The notes: generated by a model not told the origin, from the sequence alone. Shown: positions 1-11,147, numbered from the stretch's first letter. The stretch: 64,000 bases of DNA from Candidatus Poribacteria bacterium (GCA_965116925.1 OZ220744.1:5888001-5952000), one strand, 5' to 3'. Numbers and translations: made by a program.

Positions 1-1481
1 CCCTCAGAGTGCCACTGAATCTGCGGCATATTCGTGCGCGGGGGCTGGGGCCAATGTGAGCCGCGTTGGCTGGAGAGCCCTCTGTTGGGACCGGGGACAA
101 AGTCTCGGTCAGGTAAGCCAACGAGCTGCCCATTTTCTGCCCAAGCCTCATCGCCGCCGTAGAGTTGACCAACCAGACGGTCAGTTAGATTGGTGAGGAT
201 AGCGGCATGTTCAGCGGAAGTGGAGAGATCCGTCAATTCATTCGGGTCGTTCTGCAAATCGAAAAGCTGCCGACAGTTGCCAACCGGATAATAGATGAGC
301 TTATAACGACCATCGTGAATCATGCGTGTGGCATGGTTATCCTCACCCACTTCGCCGTAGAACCAATCCCGTCTTCCCTCACCGACCATTGACCTCCCTT
401 CAACCGTCTCAGGGATATCAATACCCGCCAAGTCGAGCAATGTTGGCATCACATCCGACCAACCGACCAATCGGTCATCTACACGGTTGTAACCGACCCG
501 TTCATCCCCAGCGACGCCGAGCAGAATCATCGGGATGTTAGCGGAGTATTCGTAGAACAGTCGCTTCGCCCACATACCGTGGTTGCCGAGCATATCGCCG
601 TGATCGGATGTAAAGCAGATAATCGTATTGTCAAGCTCGCCCTCTTCACGCAAAGTCCCGAGAATGACACGCAACTGATGATCAATATGGGTGCAAAGCG
701 CATAGAAGGCACGCCGAGCGGCAATGGTCTGGTGTGGTGTCAGTTTAGCCCCTCGTGCAACATTGGCTTGCAAGCTTAAGGGCAAATCTTCTGAGGACGC
801 TGCCCAGCTGCCACTGTAGGGTTCATCAATCGGAATATCGCTGTACAGATCCAGATAGGTTTGTAGGGGAACAATTGGTGGGTGTGGGTGACGGTAGGAG
901 ATAAACCAGAAAGCAGGGCGGTTTGGATCCCGACGTTTGACAATCCGCGCCATCTGACTCGTCGCCCAATTGGTCGCATGGGTCTCTTCGGGAAGATGCC
1001 ATGGACGGTTGACATATTCGTTGTTACCCATCCCGTGATCAAAGTGGCGTCCTGCATATCCTTGATCGCCGAGAAACAGTTCGTAATCATCTAAAACCCC
1101 GTATTGGACGCGACCCTCTTCGTCCAAAATCACATCGTCGAAACCGATCCTATCGCGTTGCGGGTAGACGTGCAGTTTCCCGACCGCATAAGCCTGATAT
1201 CCTGCGTCCCGAAAGGTCTGTGCCATCGTCGGTATTTCGGGCATGGTCAGTTTATCTTTGAACACCCGATCCCCGTGGGTGCGGGGTGTAGTTCCTGTCA
1301 TAAGGGTCCGACGGGCGGGAATGCAGACCGGGCACTCCGCATAGGCGTTACTGAAACGAACCCCGCTGCGACAGAGTTCGTCGAGGGTTGGGGTTTGGAT
1401 GGCTGGATGTCCCGCAGCGCCGAACAGGGCAGCGGGCCAATGGTCAGTGCTTATTAAAAGTACATTTGGTTTAGCAGACAT
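1..1481 (-). CDS. Sulfatase (formylglycine-dependent), runs off the left edge
   Basis: Not in the ORF track because there is no stop in the window. Manual translation from ATG 1481 (RBS GGAGG): MSAKPNVLLISTDHWP...NAYAECPVCIPARRTLMTG...GYQAYAVGKLH, with the CxPxR and GKxH sulfatase motifs. Confidence 0.9.
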   Translation of the reverse strand, partial: MSAKPNVLLISTDHWPAALFGAAGHPAIQTPTLDELCRSGVRFSNAYAECPVCIPARRTLMTGTTPRTHGDRVFKDKLTMPEIPTMAQTFRDAGYQAYAVGKLHVYPQRDRIGFDDVILDEEGRVQYGVLDDYELFLGDQGYAGRHFDHGMGNNEYVNRPWHLPEETHATNWATSQMARIVKRRDPNRPAFWFISYRHPHPPIVPLQTYLDLYSDIPIDEPYSGSWAASSEDLPLSLQANVARGAKLTPHQTIAARRAFYALCTHIDHQLRVILGTLREEGELDNTIICFTSDHGDMLGNHGMWAKRLFYEYSANIPMILLGVAGDERVGYNRVDDRLVGWSDVMPTLLDLAGIDIPETVEGRSMVGEGRRDWFYGEVGEDNHATRMIHDGRYKLIYYPVGNCRQLFDLQNDPNELTDLSTSAEHAAILTNLTDRLVGQLYGGDEAWAENGQLVGLPDRDFVPGPNRGLSSQRGSHWPQPPRTNMPQIQWHSE

Positions 1482-1505
1482 AGATTATTCCTCCCTACAC
1501 ATCGT

Positions 1506-2456
1506 TCATAGGTCAATATCATCGGTCTCTAGATTCAACCAACGCATCTCATCAGGGGATAGTTGGATCGCCAACGCTTCAAGACATGAAGATAACTCTT
1601 CGTGAGTTAAGGGACCAACGAGCGGAAAGGTTGGAAACGGTTGATGCAGAACAAACGCAAGTGAAATCTGTATCGGCGTGCACCCCTTCTTCTCCCCAAC
1701 TGTTTGCGCTCGGTTGAGTCGCTCAAAATTGGCATCGTTATAGTACACCCGCACCATGTCCTGATTTTCCCGTTTTTCAGGAGCAAAACGTCCGCTGAAG
1801 AACCCTCGTGCCTGCGAGGACCACGGCAGCAGCGGAAATTGCGTTTCATTATGCCATTCCCATGCCGTTTCTGATACAGACACAACACCTTTCCACATCG
1901 GTTCCATCGGGACAGCCAAGCTGATATTGTTGCTGCTGACCGCAAATCCGTGCAATCCATGTTCTGCGGCGTATTCATTCGCTTCTTGGAGGCGTTCAAG
2001 TTCCCAATTCGACGCTCCGATCGCTCGAAGGTTGCCCGCACGAATCTCCTGATTCAGGTGCTCGATGATTGTGCTGGCGGGAATGCTTGGATCATCCCGA
2101 TGCAGCAGAAACAGGTCGATATAATCGGTCTGTAGACGGAGGAGGCTTTCATGGATGTCGTGGGCAAGTTCCTCCGGACTCAAGCGTGGACGTGGCACTG
2201 CAGCGTGTGGATGTCCGCCCTTATCAACCAAGAACACCTCGGATCGGTTTTTCCGATTTTTCATCCACATACCGAGCAGCCGTTCACTGTCGCCGCCCCC
2301 GTAACTATGCGCGGAATCAAGTGCATTCCCGCCGGCTGCAAAAAATTCGTCTAGCATTGAATAACTGTGTTCCATCGTATCGGGCGTAAATAGCATACAC
2401 CCAAGCACAAGTTGAGAAACCTCTCTGTCTATTCCTGGGATCGTTCCGTAATTCAT
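1506..2456 (-). CDS. Aldo/keto reductase
   Basis: LDSAHSYGGGDSE, LQTDYIDLFLLHRDD and IGASNW motifs; likely start MNYGTIPG after GGAG. Confidence 0.9.
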   Translation of the reverse strand: MNYGTIPGIDREVSQLVLGCMLFTPDTMEHSYSMLDEFFAAGGNALDSAHSYGGGDSERLLGMWMKNRKNRSEVFLVDKGGHPHAAVPRPRLSPEELAHDIHESLLRLQTDYIDLFLLHRDDPSIPASTIIEHLNQEIRAGNLRAIGASNWELERLQEANEYAAEHGLHGFAVSSNNISLAVPMEPMWKGVVSVSETAWEWHNETQFPLLPWSSQARGFFSGRFAPEKRENQDMVRVYYNDANFERLNRAQTVGEKKGCTPIQISLAFVLHQPFPTFPLVGPLTHEELSSCLEALAIQLSPDEMRWLNLETDDIDL

Positions 2457-2598
2457 TGGGACTCCTCTCAATAAGTATGTTGGATACATGATAACAAAAA
2501 AAGGGAAAAAGGTCTATACTCGCCACAATTTTTGCCCTGTCAACGCAAACTATGCTACAATACTGACTGGATTTTTAACCTTTTGGAGGATTTCAACA

Positions 2599-3789
2599 AT
2601 GAAGATTAATACCCTTGAAATGATTACGCTGCACATCCCTTTTTACGCCGATTATGTCACTCGACACATGCAACGCGCCTTGACCCATTCGGAGCAGGTA
2701 GAGGTGTACCGCGTTGAATTGGATAACGGCGTTATCGGTTATGGCGAAAATTTGGGGGACGAATCCGGCAACTTCGATCGGGTTATCGGACAAAACCCGT
2801 TTGCAATTATGCAGGACGACAGCATCGGTTTCGGGATTCAGATGTCCCTGTTTGATGCCGTCGGCAAATCGGTTGGCGTTCCTGTCTACCAACTGTTGGG
2901 TGCAAAGGTTCGGGACCGCTGCCCGATTTCGTGGTGGGATATCGATATGCCGCCGGAGGATTGGGTGAAAGAGGCGGAGGAATCAATTAAACGCGGTTAC
3001 ACATCAATTAAGCTGAAAGCCCGTCCGTGGCGGGACATCTTCGAGCAGGTAGAGGCGGTTGGAAAGGTTGTCCCAGAAGGTTACAAATTGGACATCGACT
3101 TCAACGGTTTTCTCCGAACAGCGGAGGGCGCACAACCCGTTTTGCAGGAGTTGGATAAACACCCCAACGTCGCATACTACGAAAGCCCTTACTATCTCGG
3201 CACAGACATCGAAGGTGCCGGGCGACTACAGGAAGTGGTGGAAAAACGGATCGTCGAACACTTTAATGAATCGTGTCTACACGCCCGCTGCTGCGGTGGA
3301 TTTGTTGTTGGGGGTGGGGCAACGGGGACACGGAGAATCAATGCGTTGTGTGCTTCGTTTGACAAACCGTTCTGGCTGCAGATGGTTGGAACGGGGATTA
3401 CGACCGCCTACGCCATGCACATCGGCGCGGTTCTATCTCATGCACAGCTGCCGGCAATCACCTGCTTTGAGTTGTGGGAACACGATCTTTTAACGCAACG
3501 GTTGGAGGTGGTAGACGGTACAATTGCTCCACCGGAAGCACCGGGGCTAGGCATTGAAGTTGATGAGTACGCGCTAGAACGCTACCGCGTTGAGCCGGGA
3601 ACACCTTCACCCACAGCCCTCTACAAGCAGAGGGAACGGACCTGTCGTGTGCATATTCCCGATGGCAAAGGGGGTGAGGTTGTCCACGATTTCACTGGTG
3701 AGGATGTCTATTATCCCGCTTTTAGTGAAGGAGAGTATCCGGGATTTGTTCGTGGTGTCTGGATGGAAGTGATTGAAGGGGCAGGATAA
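2599..3789 (+). CDS. Mandelate racemase/muconate lactonizing enzyme family (enolase superfamily)
   Basis: DAVGKSVGVPVYQLLG, KLK, DFN and APGLGIEVD motifs; RBS GGAGG before ATG 2599. Confidence 0.85.
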   Translation: MKINTLEMITLHIPFYADYVTRHMQRALTHSEQVEVYRVELDNGVIGYGENLGDESGNFDRVIGQNPFAIMQDDSIGFGIQMSLFDAVGKSVGVPVYQLLGAKVRDRCPISWWDIDMPPEDWVKEAEESIKRGYTSIKLKARPWRDIFEQVEAVGKVVPEGYKLDIDFNGFLRTAEGAQPVLQELDKHPNVAYYESPYYLGTDIEGAGRLQEVVEKRIVEHFNESCLHARCCGGFVVGGGATGTRRINALCASFDKPFWLQMVGTGITTAYAMHIGAVLSHAQLPAITCFELWEHDLLTQRLEVVDGTIAPPEAPGLGIEVDEYALERYRVEPGTPSPTALYKQRERTCRVHIPDGKGGEVVHDFTGEDVYYPAFSEGEYPGFVRGVWMEVIEGAG

Positions 3790-3885
3790 ATCTAGATGTT
3801 TAGGTGGAAGGTGCTAGGGGCAACAATCACCGTTGCTCCTAGCACCCCGTCCCTACAAAATTGATAGCGTACTAACACTACAAAT

Positions 3886-4317
3886 CTAAAGCATATCGAG
3901 TTGAGCAGCAATCTCAGTCAACTTGCTTTCCATTTGACTTGCAGCTGCTTTAAGTTTTTCCTGATCGATTTTCAATCGTCGAATCCTATCATCTTGGTGT
4001 GACAGGATGCAAAACTGGTAGTTTTTCCGTATATCAAAGCCCGCCTGCTTAATGTTCTCTTTCACAGGGCCCTCCGGGTAATACCACCGCTGCCCTCGGG
4101 TCTGATCCAGATTCATGTGGCAATGCCCCTCGTCGCCGCCAAAACAGTCGAACCGCAAAACCTCGTTATCATAAAAATATAAAGAGGCTGCGGGCCCATG
4201 GCCACCCCGGTCGGATCTCCAATATACTTCCAATCTAACGTTATCCTGTACCGGATATTCAACCCAGTCAAACCTTTCCTGATTGTTCACTACCTTAGTT
4301 GCCATCTGCTCCTCCAA
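3886..4317 (-). CDS. Hypothetical protein
   Basis: 143-aa ORF (start may be 4305 after GGAGGAG); contains an LRFDCF..H.H motif; no family recognised. Confidence 0.65.
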   Translation of the reverse strand: MEEQMATKVVNNQERFDWVEYPVQDNVRLEVYWRSDRGGHGPAASLYFYDNEVLRFDCFGGDEGHCHMNLDQTRGQRWYYPEGPVKENIKQAGFDIRKNYQFCILSHQDDRIRRLKIDQEKLKAAASQMESKLTEIAAQLDML

Positions 4318-4430
4318 CTATAATGGATGTGGGCGTAACGCCCAGATCTATCAGGGAAATCCCCGACCCATCAACCCTCAATCGGATTTTCCTAAGACTC
4401 TGCCTTACAGTCTAGCATTAACGGGCAAGA

Positions 4431-4522
4431 ATGTCAAGTTTAAGATTTGATGCAAAGAAACCGAGTTTTGCCGAAAAAACTCGGTTTCTCTTCATGTTTT
4501 GCACTTTCTTTTTATATGAGCC
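4431..4522. repeat. MITE family A copy, left end eroded
   Basis: AGAAACCGAGTTTT..AAAACTCGGTTTCT palindrome and the ...TATATGAGCC end shared with the other copies. Confidence 0.7.
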
Positions 4523-4543
4523 TCCCCGTTTTTCACAGGTCCC

Positions 4544-5632
4544 CTAAGGTTGCTCAACCTCAACTCGGCGACCTGTCTGACTGGATTCCAAAGCTGCATC
4601 GATTATGCGGGCGACTTGGAGCGCGTCACGACCCGATGCAGGCGGAGTGCCTTCACCCTGCCCCGCACGAATAAAGTCGCGGATGAACTCCTCCCCAGCA
4701 ATACCGCCATAGGCCGGAGACTGACCCAAGGTATAGTCAAATTCGCGTTGAGGCGCAGATGCCCAAGAACCCTGAGTCGTTTCAACGCTCATATGCTCTG
4801 CAACCCCCGGGGAACCCCAGTGAATTCGACCATTCTGACCGTTGACACCCACATAGGTATCGTAACTGGGCTGGTTGGGATATTTCGATCCACTCAATGC
4901 AAGGGTATATCCCGCATGTAGAGAACCAACCGCTCCCGAACGCAAACGGAAAGAGAGTGTCGCAATATCCTCCACATCGATATCCTCGCCACTGCGTGTT
5001 GCGACCTCGGCAGACACCGACACGATTTCGTCGTGGGTAATGTAGCGTAGCATGTCGATATAGTGACAGCCCAACCATGCAAGGATGCCGCTCCCCGCGT
5101 ATTCGTGGCGAAACAGCCAACCTTCGGGGTTGCGGTATTGTACCTGCGTCGTCAGCATCCGCATCTCAATCGACATCAGCGGACCCAACAAACCCTGCCC
5201 CACAAGATCTCGCGCTTCACGGATCATCGGATTATACCGATTTTGATAGCAAACACCCAACTGCATACCTGTGCGTTCCGCCGCATCGACAATTCGCTGC
5301 ACATCTGGAGTGGTTCTGCCGACCGGTTTTTCTGCCATTAGATGTTTGCCGGACTCTAATATCCGTATAAAAATATCGGGCTTCAAGTCCGTTCTCATGG
5401 TGGCAATAGCAAAGAAGACATCGTCCTGTGCCAGAACTTCATCCAAATCGGTGGTGATGCTTTCCACCTTACGCTCCTCCAATTGTTGGAAGGCTTCTAG
5501 GGCGGATGGGTCTTCTCCCCAAACAAAAATGCTTTCAACCTCCGGCAATTCTTGTAATGTGCCGAGATGTCCTTCAAAATGGGCATGTCCCGGGCTTAGC
5601 AGCAACGCTTTCATTTGCTTCTTTCCTTTCAT
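4544..5632 (-). CDS. Gfo/Idh/MocA family oxidoreductase
   Basis: GKHLMAEKP motif and GILAWLGCHYID motif. Confidence 0.9.
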   Translation of the reverse strand: MKGKKQMKALLLSPGHAHFEGHLGTLQELPEVESIFVWGEDPSALEAFQQLEERKVESITTDLDEVLAQDDVFFAIATMRTDLKPDIFIRILESGKHLMAEKPVGRTTPDVQRIVDAAERTGMQLGVCYQNRYNPMIREARDLVGQGLLGPLMSIEMRMLTTQVQYRNPEGWLFRHEYAGSGILAWLGCHYIDMLRYITHDEIVSVSAEVATRSGEDIDVEDIATLSFRLRSGAVGSLHAGYTLALSGSKYPNQPSYDTYVGVNGQNGRIHWGSPGVAEHMSVETTQGSWASAPQREFDYTLGQSPAYGGIAGEEFIRDFIRAGQGEGTPPASGRDALQVARIIDAALESSQTGRRVEVEQP

Positions 5633-5846
5633 TTAGCAGAGTTACTCAGAAAAATATTATCCCATAGAAGTTTACAAAGAGATCGGTATAAGATCTGATG
5701 GCTTACCTTTGGCCCAATATTGTAGATGCAGCGACAACATAATAACATCTTTTCACAAAATTGGGCAGACCAATTATTGATAAATCTTTGAGAAGCAGCA
5801 CCGCACCTCCACCTACGTCGAAAACGCGAAAAACCGAACCCATCAA

Positions 5847-5875
5847 TTGACAGCCTAACAGCAGTGTGGTATTCT
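5847..5875 (+). promoter_or_regulatory. Sigma70-type promoter
   Basis: TTGACA-17 bp-TATTCT with an extended TG, upstream of 5938. Confidence 0.55.
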
Positions 5876-5937
5876 TTTGTGAATTGAAGATGATTGGCTA
5901 TAATTCGTCGGAACGTTGAATCCAAGAGAGGTGAAAC

Positions 5938-6402
5938 ATGCCCAAATTCTATATCAACCTTGTACTTGCCCTGTTGGTGTTCGCCATATTTTTCGGGTTT
6001 GTGACATGGGCACAAAAGACGGAGGATGGAACTCAGAAGGAAGGGGTGACACTAGAAGCACTCGGGGTGACAGCGGAACAGAAGGAGCGGATCAAAGCCC
6101 TATGGGAATTCAAACGTCAAAGTCACCGCCAAGCAATCGAAAATCTGAAGCCCCTGAACCGGCTTGCTAAAGATAAGCTGACATCAGATGAAGAGGTCCG
6201 GGAGATTTTGAAAAAATTTCATCAGCAACGCTTGGCACAGGAACAGAAGATTAAGATGGCTGAAGAGAATCTCCTCAAGTCTCTGCCTCCGCGTGCACAG
6301 CTGCATCTGACCATCCTCGGTGTGCTAGACAACGGTTTACCGCCCCGCTTCGGTGCTGCTCCGAAGAAAGTCGACAATACACAAAAACCGAGCGACAGAT
6401 AG
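5938..6402 (+). CDS. Exported helical protein, Spy/CpxP-like
   Basis: Signal peptide, LGVTAEQKERIKAL and L.P...L..LG.L motifs, helical composition. Confidence 0.6.
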   Translation: MPKFYINLVLALLVFAIFFGFVTWAQKTEDGTQKEGVTLEALGVTAEQKERIKALWEFKRQSHRQAIENLKPLNRLAKDKLTSDEEVREILKKFHQQRLAQEQKIKMAEENLLKSLPPRAQLHLTILGVLDNGLPPRFGAAPKKVDNTQKPSDR

Positions 6403-6429
6403 GAAAAAGAGATCTGCGGGCACAAAAAA

Positions 6430-6504
<75 letters not shown>

Positions 6505-6573
6505 ACTTGAACGCCTGTATTTTAACATACTGTCTGCCAAAGCGCAAGGAAAAATCAGCCTTGCCCAAAAACA

Positions 6574-7380
6574 TCATGAACCCGTACTGTGATAGCGTCG
6601 TAGTCCACTACACCAGAGCAGATAGCTAACACAGAGCATCACTAGCGCAACGACCGGTGCTCCGAATTGGAAGAGTTCAGGCATACCGAGAAAATCCTCC
6701 TTTTGAAGGAGCTGTTGGGCGGGATAATAGGTCACAAAAGCGACGGGGAGAATAAACGTCAAAAGTAGCCGTACGGCAAGCGGATAGATCGAGATGGGAA
6801 AAGCGGTTGCTTCTTTGGTTGCACTAATGAGCAGATCCGTCAATTTACCCGATTTTGTCGTCCATAGCGCGACGGTAGCACTGATGAGCATGAGTGTAAA
6901 CATAATCAGCGTACCACTCAAGATTGTTGTGAGAGTAAACAGCGCAACATCCAGCGTCCAGCGAATCCCGCTCAAATGGAACGCGACAACGAAGATAGCA
7001 ACACTGGTCAACGCCCGCGAAACGTGAATTAACTCTATGCGACTTGCAAGGATGTAGAATAGTGGTGGCAAAGGTCTAATTAACACGCCGTCCAACTCAC
7101 CACGGACGATGTACCGATCGAAATCGTCCAATTGGCTTCCCAATATCCGCATGAACGAATACGCCAAGTTCCCTAAGCCGTACAGGAACACCACCTCCGC
7201 CCATGTCCACCCATTAACGGTGCGAAACTTGGCAAGCAGCGCACCTAACAAGCCGAGCAAACAGACTTCGCTGATAACAATTCCGAAGCACATGAGTCCA
7301 AACGAGAGCCGGTATTGAAGCCGAGAGCGCACATACGCCCCAGCGAGAAGAAAGTAGAGTTTGAAGTAGCGTCGCACCAT
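6574..7380 (-). CDS. ABC-2 type exporter permease (DUF990-like)
   Basis: Multi-TM protein with GELDGVLIRP, FPISIYP and C-terminal RRYHSTGS motifs. Confidence 0.88.
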   Translation of the reverse strand: MVRRYFKLYFLLAGAYVRSRLQYRLSFGLMCFGIVISEVCLLGLLGALLAKFRTVNGWTWAEVVFLYGLGNLAYSFMRILGSQLDDFDRYIVRGELDGVLIRPLPPLFYILASRIELIHVSRALTSVAIFVVAFHLSGIRWTLDVALFTLTTILSGTLIMFTLMLISATVALWTTKSGKLTDLLISATKEATAFPISIYPLAVRLLLTFILPVAFVTYYPAQQLLQKEDFLGMPELFQFGAPVVALVMLCVSYLLWCSGLRRYHSTGS

Positions 7381-7447
7381 CGATCCCTCTATATCCCCAA
7401 ATGTGGGAACGCAGATCTGCGTTCCCTACGATTCCAATGTGTTCATT

Positions 7448-8245
7448 TTATCCGCCTTGGATTACCAGTTTACGGAAGGCTGCACTATATGCCACCCGTC
7501 CAAACCCCGCTAATACAACCACCCAAATCAATTGTATCAACAGTGCCGTAACGAGACTCTCCCCTATTAATTGACCGGTGTAAATGGCGGTCGGAAAATA
7601 GATAATCGCGCGAAAGGGCAAGACCGCTGCAATTTTGGCTAAGAAATCGGGATAAAACTCCAACGGCAAAAAGTAGCCGGAAAACAACATAGCCAGTCCC
7701 CATATAACGAAAGCATAAATACCACGGATCTCGACAAGCCAGAAGGCAAAAATACCAATTATAAATTCTATACTGAACAGAATGATATATCCTAAGACCA
7801 CGCTAATAATAAAGAGGACTACCATCAAAATCGATGATGGTAGCGATAGCCCAAACGTGCTGTAAAATAGCAAGAATTTTGGGAGCATATTGAACAGTGC
7901 CGTATGGCTTGAAGTTCCCGCAGCGGTTGCAAGCATCATCAGCTGAAAATCGATCGGTTTCATTAAGTCGGTGACCACCTCGCCCGTGCGTACCTTCTCT
8001 TCAATAATACGCGCCATTCGGAGTGTAAACGTGAAGGTCAACAGGGTTTGCGAGACGACGATGTAGGTCAGAATCCCGTTCAGGTCATATCCTTCCACCG
8101 ATGTCCGCCCTGTGTATAACGCCTTCCACAGATAGACATAGACCAACATAAACAGCACGTTGATAAATAGTTCCATCCATAACTCAAACCGGTATGTCAG
8201 CGTCCGCTGGAAGGCTTTCACCGTAAAAGTGAGATATTTCTTCAT
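7448..8245 (-). CDS. ABC-2 type exporter permease (DUF990-like)
   Basis: GEVVTDLMKP, FSGYFLPLEFYP and C-terminal LVIQGG motifs. Confidence 0.88.
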   Translation of the reverse strand: MKKYLTFTVKAFQRTLTYRFELWMELFINVLFMLVYVYLWKALYTGRTSVEGYDLNGILTYIVVSQTLLTFTFTLRMARIIEEKVRTGEVVTDLMKPIDFQLMMLATAAGTSSHTALFNMLPKFLLFYSTFGLSLPSSILMVVLFIISVVLGYIILFSIEFIIGIFAFWLVEIRGIYAFVIWGLAMLFSGYFLPLEFYPDFLAKIAAVLPFRAIIYFPTAIYTGQLIGESLVTALLIQLIWVVVLAGFGRVAYSAAFRKLVIQGG

Positions 8246-8265
8246 CGTAATGTGATCCGCGGGTA

Positions 8266-9249
8266 TTAATGCATCCCCAACTCATAGATACGTCGAACAA
8301 TCTCCTCAATCTCCGGCTCCGATATCGTTAAATCCTGAATCTCATAGCGTGCCGTCAATTGTGCGATGACTTCGGAGGCAGAAATGGTATCGCGATCAAA
8401 TGCAAGCCAGATACGATTGCCGTCGCGTCGGGTCAGATCTACACCCTCAAGTTGAATGTCGGGATACATCTGTGCAAGGTCAACGATGAGCATTCGAGTC
8501 TTCCCATAACGTTCTTTCAAAGCGTCGATCTCACCGTCATAGATGATCTTGCCGCTGTCAATGATGATCAGTCGCCGACAAACTTGCTCGACATCGTTGA
8601 GGTCATGCGTTGTGAGAATAACTGTGACTTGGCGTTCCGCGTTGACTTGCCTCAGAAACTGACGGACCTGCTCTTTGGCAACTACATCCAAGCCGATGGT
8701 CGGCTCATCTAGGTACAGGATTTCCGGGTTATGTAGCAGTGCCGCGGTCAGATCACACCGCATCCGTTGTCCGAGACTTAGTCTTCGCACCGGCGTGGAC
8801 AAAAATGGCTGTAATTGTAACATTTCACTGAAAAATTCGAGATTCTGTTTATACAGGTTTTGCGGGATTTCGTAGATATGCTTGAGCAGTTCAAAGGAGT
8901 CGATAACGGGCAGATCCCACCAGAGTTGGGTTCGTTGTCCAAACACCACGCCGATCCGGCGTGTATTTTCCCTTCGCTGGCGATATGGCGTCAACCCCAT
9001 CACATCAATATGTCCCGAAGTTGGCACAAGAATCCCCGTCAACATTTTGATGGTTGTCGATTTCCCCGCTCCGTTGGCACCGATGTATCCCACCAACTCT
9101 CCACGCTCAAGGGTGAAGTTCACATCATCAACTGCTTTGACAACATCGTGCTGGCGTGAAACTGTGCTGCTGAGATTTCCCCAAAACCCGGTGCGGCGTT
9201 TATGGACTTTGAAATGTTTGCTCAGATGTTCGACTGTGATAATCGGCAT
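8266..9249 (-). CDS. ABC exporter ATP-binding protein
   Basis: Walker A GANGAGKST, signature LSLGQ, Walker B ILYLDEPT. Confidence 0.95.
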   Translation of the reverse strand: MPIITVEHLSKHFKVHKRRTGFWGNLSSTVSRQHDVVKAVDDVNFTLERGELVGYIGANGAGKSTTIKMLTGILVPTSGHIDVMGLTPYRQRRENTRRIGVVFGQRTQLWWDLPVIDSFELLKHIYEIPQNLYKQNLEFFSEMLQLQPFLSTPVRRLSLGQRMRCDLTAALLHNPEILYLDEPTIGLDVVAKEQVRQFLRQVNAERQVTVILTTHDLNDVEQVCRRLIIIDSGKIIYDGEIDALKERYGKTRMLIVDLAQMYPDIQLEGVDLTRRDGNRIWLAFDRDTISASEVIAQLTARYEIQDLTISEPEIEEIVRRIYELGMH

Positions 9250-9446
9250 TTTCGTCAGTGTCAGGTTATCAGGTTGAAAACTCTCGGAGCGGAGAGGTTA
9301 ATTTGTAGAAAGATAGAATTATTTGCATTAAGAGCGGGTTACAGTATACCATAATACCGCGTCAACAAAGTCCTCTTTTCATTGTTCGCAGCGCTGGTAT
9401 TCTCTGGAGTGGTAGGTTTATAGCACTTGGGCTGATAAATTATAGA

Positions 9447-9551
9447 GGCTCATGTTAAGAAATCGTGCAACAGAAACCCAGGGCAGAAGAAAGAAACCGA
9501 GTTTTGAAGAAAAAACTCGGTTTCTCTTTGCGCTTTCTTTTTACATGAGCT
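9447..9551. mobile_element. MITE family A copy with 8-bp TSD
   Basis: Ends GGCTCATGT...ACATGAGCT, flanked by the direct repeat ATTATAGA (9439-9446 and 9552-9559). Confidence 0.85.
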
Positions 9552-9608
9552 ATTATAGATTGCTCTCCCTCTGAATTAAGTGGTAAAACAGTCGCGGAGC
9601 ACCATAAT

Positions 9609-10217
9609 ATGATGCAATTCACTGACACGCTCATCGAGTCTTATGAAAAACACGCCCATCGCAGGGAGTCTAGCACTACTGACGAGTTTAAGGAACGAGA
9701 ACGGTCAGAGTTTCTGAAACTCTTGAAGGTTGAACAACGAAAGACCCTCCTTGAAATTGGCTGCGGGCCCGGTCGAGATGCCCAGTTCTTTCAAAGTCAA
9801 GGGTTCCAAGTTCTTGCGGTGGACAACGCACCAACAATGGTGAGACTTACTGCAGAAAAGGGTGTCACCGCCCAAGTGTTGGATTGCTATGATCTCGATC
9901 AGATTGACGAAACCTTTGACGCGGTGTATACGCTGAATTGTCTTCTACACATACCAAAGAGGGATATCGGTCATATTTTCAGTCTGATCGCAGCTCGACT
10001 TAACGGAAATGGCTTAATGTATCTTGGACTTTGGGGCGGAGAAAATTTTGAAGGCATCTTAGAACAAGATACATACGAACCGAAGCGATTTTTCTCGTTT
10101 TGGGAACCGGAGAAACTCCTTGAAGGCGTACAACAATCATTCAGATTGGAATACTATCGTAAGTTAAACCCTCGTGAAGGCGTAACCTTCAATTCTATTA
10201 TCGTCCGTAAACGATAA
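9609..10217 (+). CDS. Class I SAM-dependent methyltransferase
   Basis: LLEIGCGPG motif I. Confidence 0.9.
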   Translation: MMQFTDTLIESYEKHAHRRESSTTDEFKERERSEFLKLLKVEQRKTLLEIGCGPGRDAQFFQSQGFQVLAVDNAPTMVRLTAEKGVTAQVLDCYDLDQIDETFDAVYTLNCLLHIPKRDIGHIFSLIAARLNGNGLMYLGLWGGENFEGILEQDTYEPKRFFSFWEPEKLLEGVQQSFRLEYYRKLNPREGVTFNSIIVRKR

Positions 10218-10232
10218 TTTTTAGGATGGAAA

Positions 10233-11099
10233 ATGATCGAAATACAATCTCACAACGATGCAAACGAGCTCATCTCACTTTCAGGTGCCTACTTGGAATT
10301 GAATGAGGGTGAAAATAGTTTGCCGATTGGTCTAGCCTACAGGCTCGCTAAGAATCCTCGTTATTATGGATCCGAATCGCCGCTGCTGTTGAGTATTTTG
10401 GAGCAAGGTAGAGCCGTCGGTGTGGCAATTATGACACCACCTAGGAGACTCATCTTGAGCAGATTCGAGACAAGCATTGAAGTCGCTATGGCTCATCTTA
10501 CACGTTACCTACGTGGAATTGATACTCCAATACCGGGGGTTGCCGGGCCAGCGACCGAAGCCCAAGTCTTTTCCGATTGCTGGGTTGAGGGGATGCCTAA
10601 CGCATCGTCAAGAATCGCTGTGCGGCTGCGGATTTTTGAAGCGAGAACAGTGGCTGATGTACCGCTCTCTCCGGGGGAGTTACGCTTGGCGTGTATGGTT
10701 GATCACCCACTCATGACGCAATGGATTGTCGCCTTTTCAGAAACAATAGGCGAGCCTACGGATGTTGACAGTGCCAAAAGCACCGCCCAGCAGAACATCA
10801 AGGATAGACAACTATATATTTGGGATGATGGTGGGCCGGTCTCGATTGCTACTGAAACTCGCCCGATTAGAAATGGGACAACAATCAGCACGGTGTACAC
10901 GCCGCCGGAGCATCGCAGTAAGGGATATGCGACTTCATGTGTTTGGTCGTTGACAAAGAAACTGCTCTCAGGTCGCTACTCATTCTGTAATCTATATACC
11001 GATTTATCAAATCCAACCTCCAACAGTATCTACACCAAAATCGGATATGTGCCTTTGGGGGCTGCATTGTCATTCGATTTCGCCCCTTCAGCGCATTAA
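10233..11099 (+). CDS. GNAT family N-acetyltransferase
   Basis: VYTPPEHRSKGYAT and NPTSNSIYTKIGY motifs. Confidence 0.9.
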   Translation: MIEIQSHNDANELISLSGAYLELNEGENSLPIGLAYRLAKNPRYYGSESPLLLSILEQGRAVGVAIMTPPRRLILSRFETSIEVAMAHLTRYLRGIDTPIPGVAGPATEAQVFSDCWVEGMPNASSRIAVRLRIFEARTVADVPLSPGELRLACMVDHPLMTQWIVAFSETIGEPTDVDSAKSTAQQNIKDRQLYIWDDGGPVSIATETRPIRNGTTISTVYTPPEHRSKGYATSCVWSLTKKLLSGRYSFCNLYTDLSNPTSNSIYTKIGYVPLGAALSFDFAPSAH

Positions 11100-11147
11100 A
11101 ACCGAACCGAACACCGTGTCCACCGCTGTGTGTTCTGGAGATAACCG

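Noticed and set aside
207..1457. Several short ORFs on both strands
   Set aside because: They are shadows of the minus-strand sulfatase that runs off the window edge.
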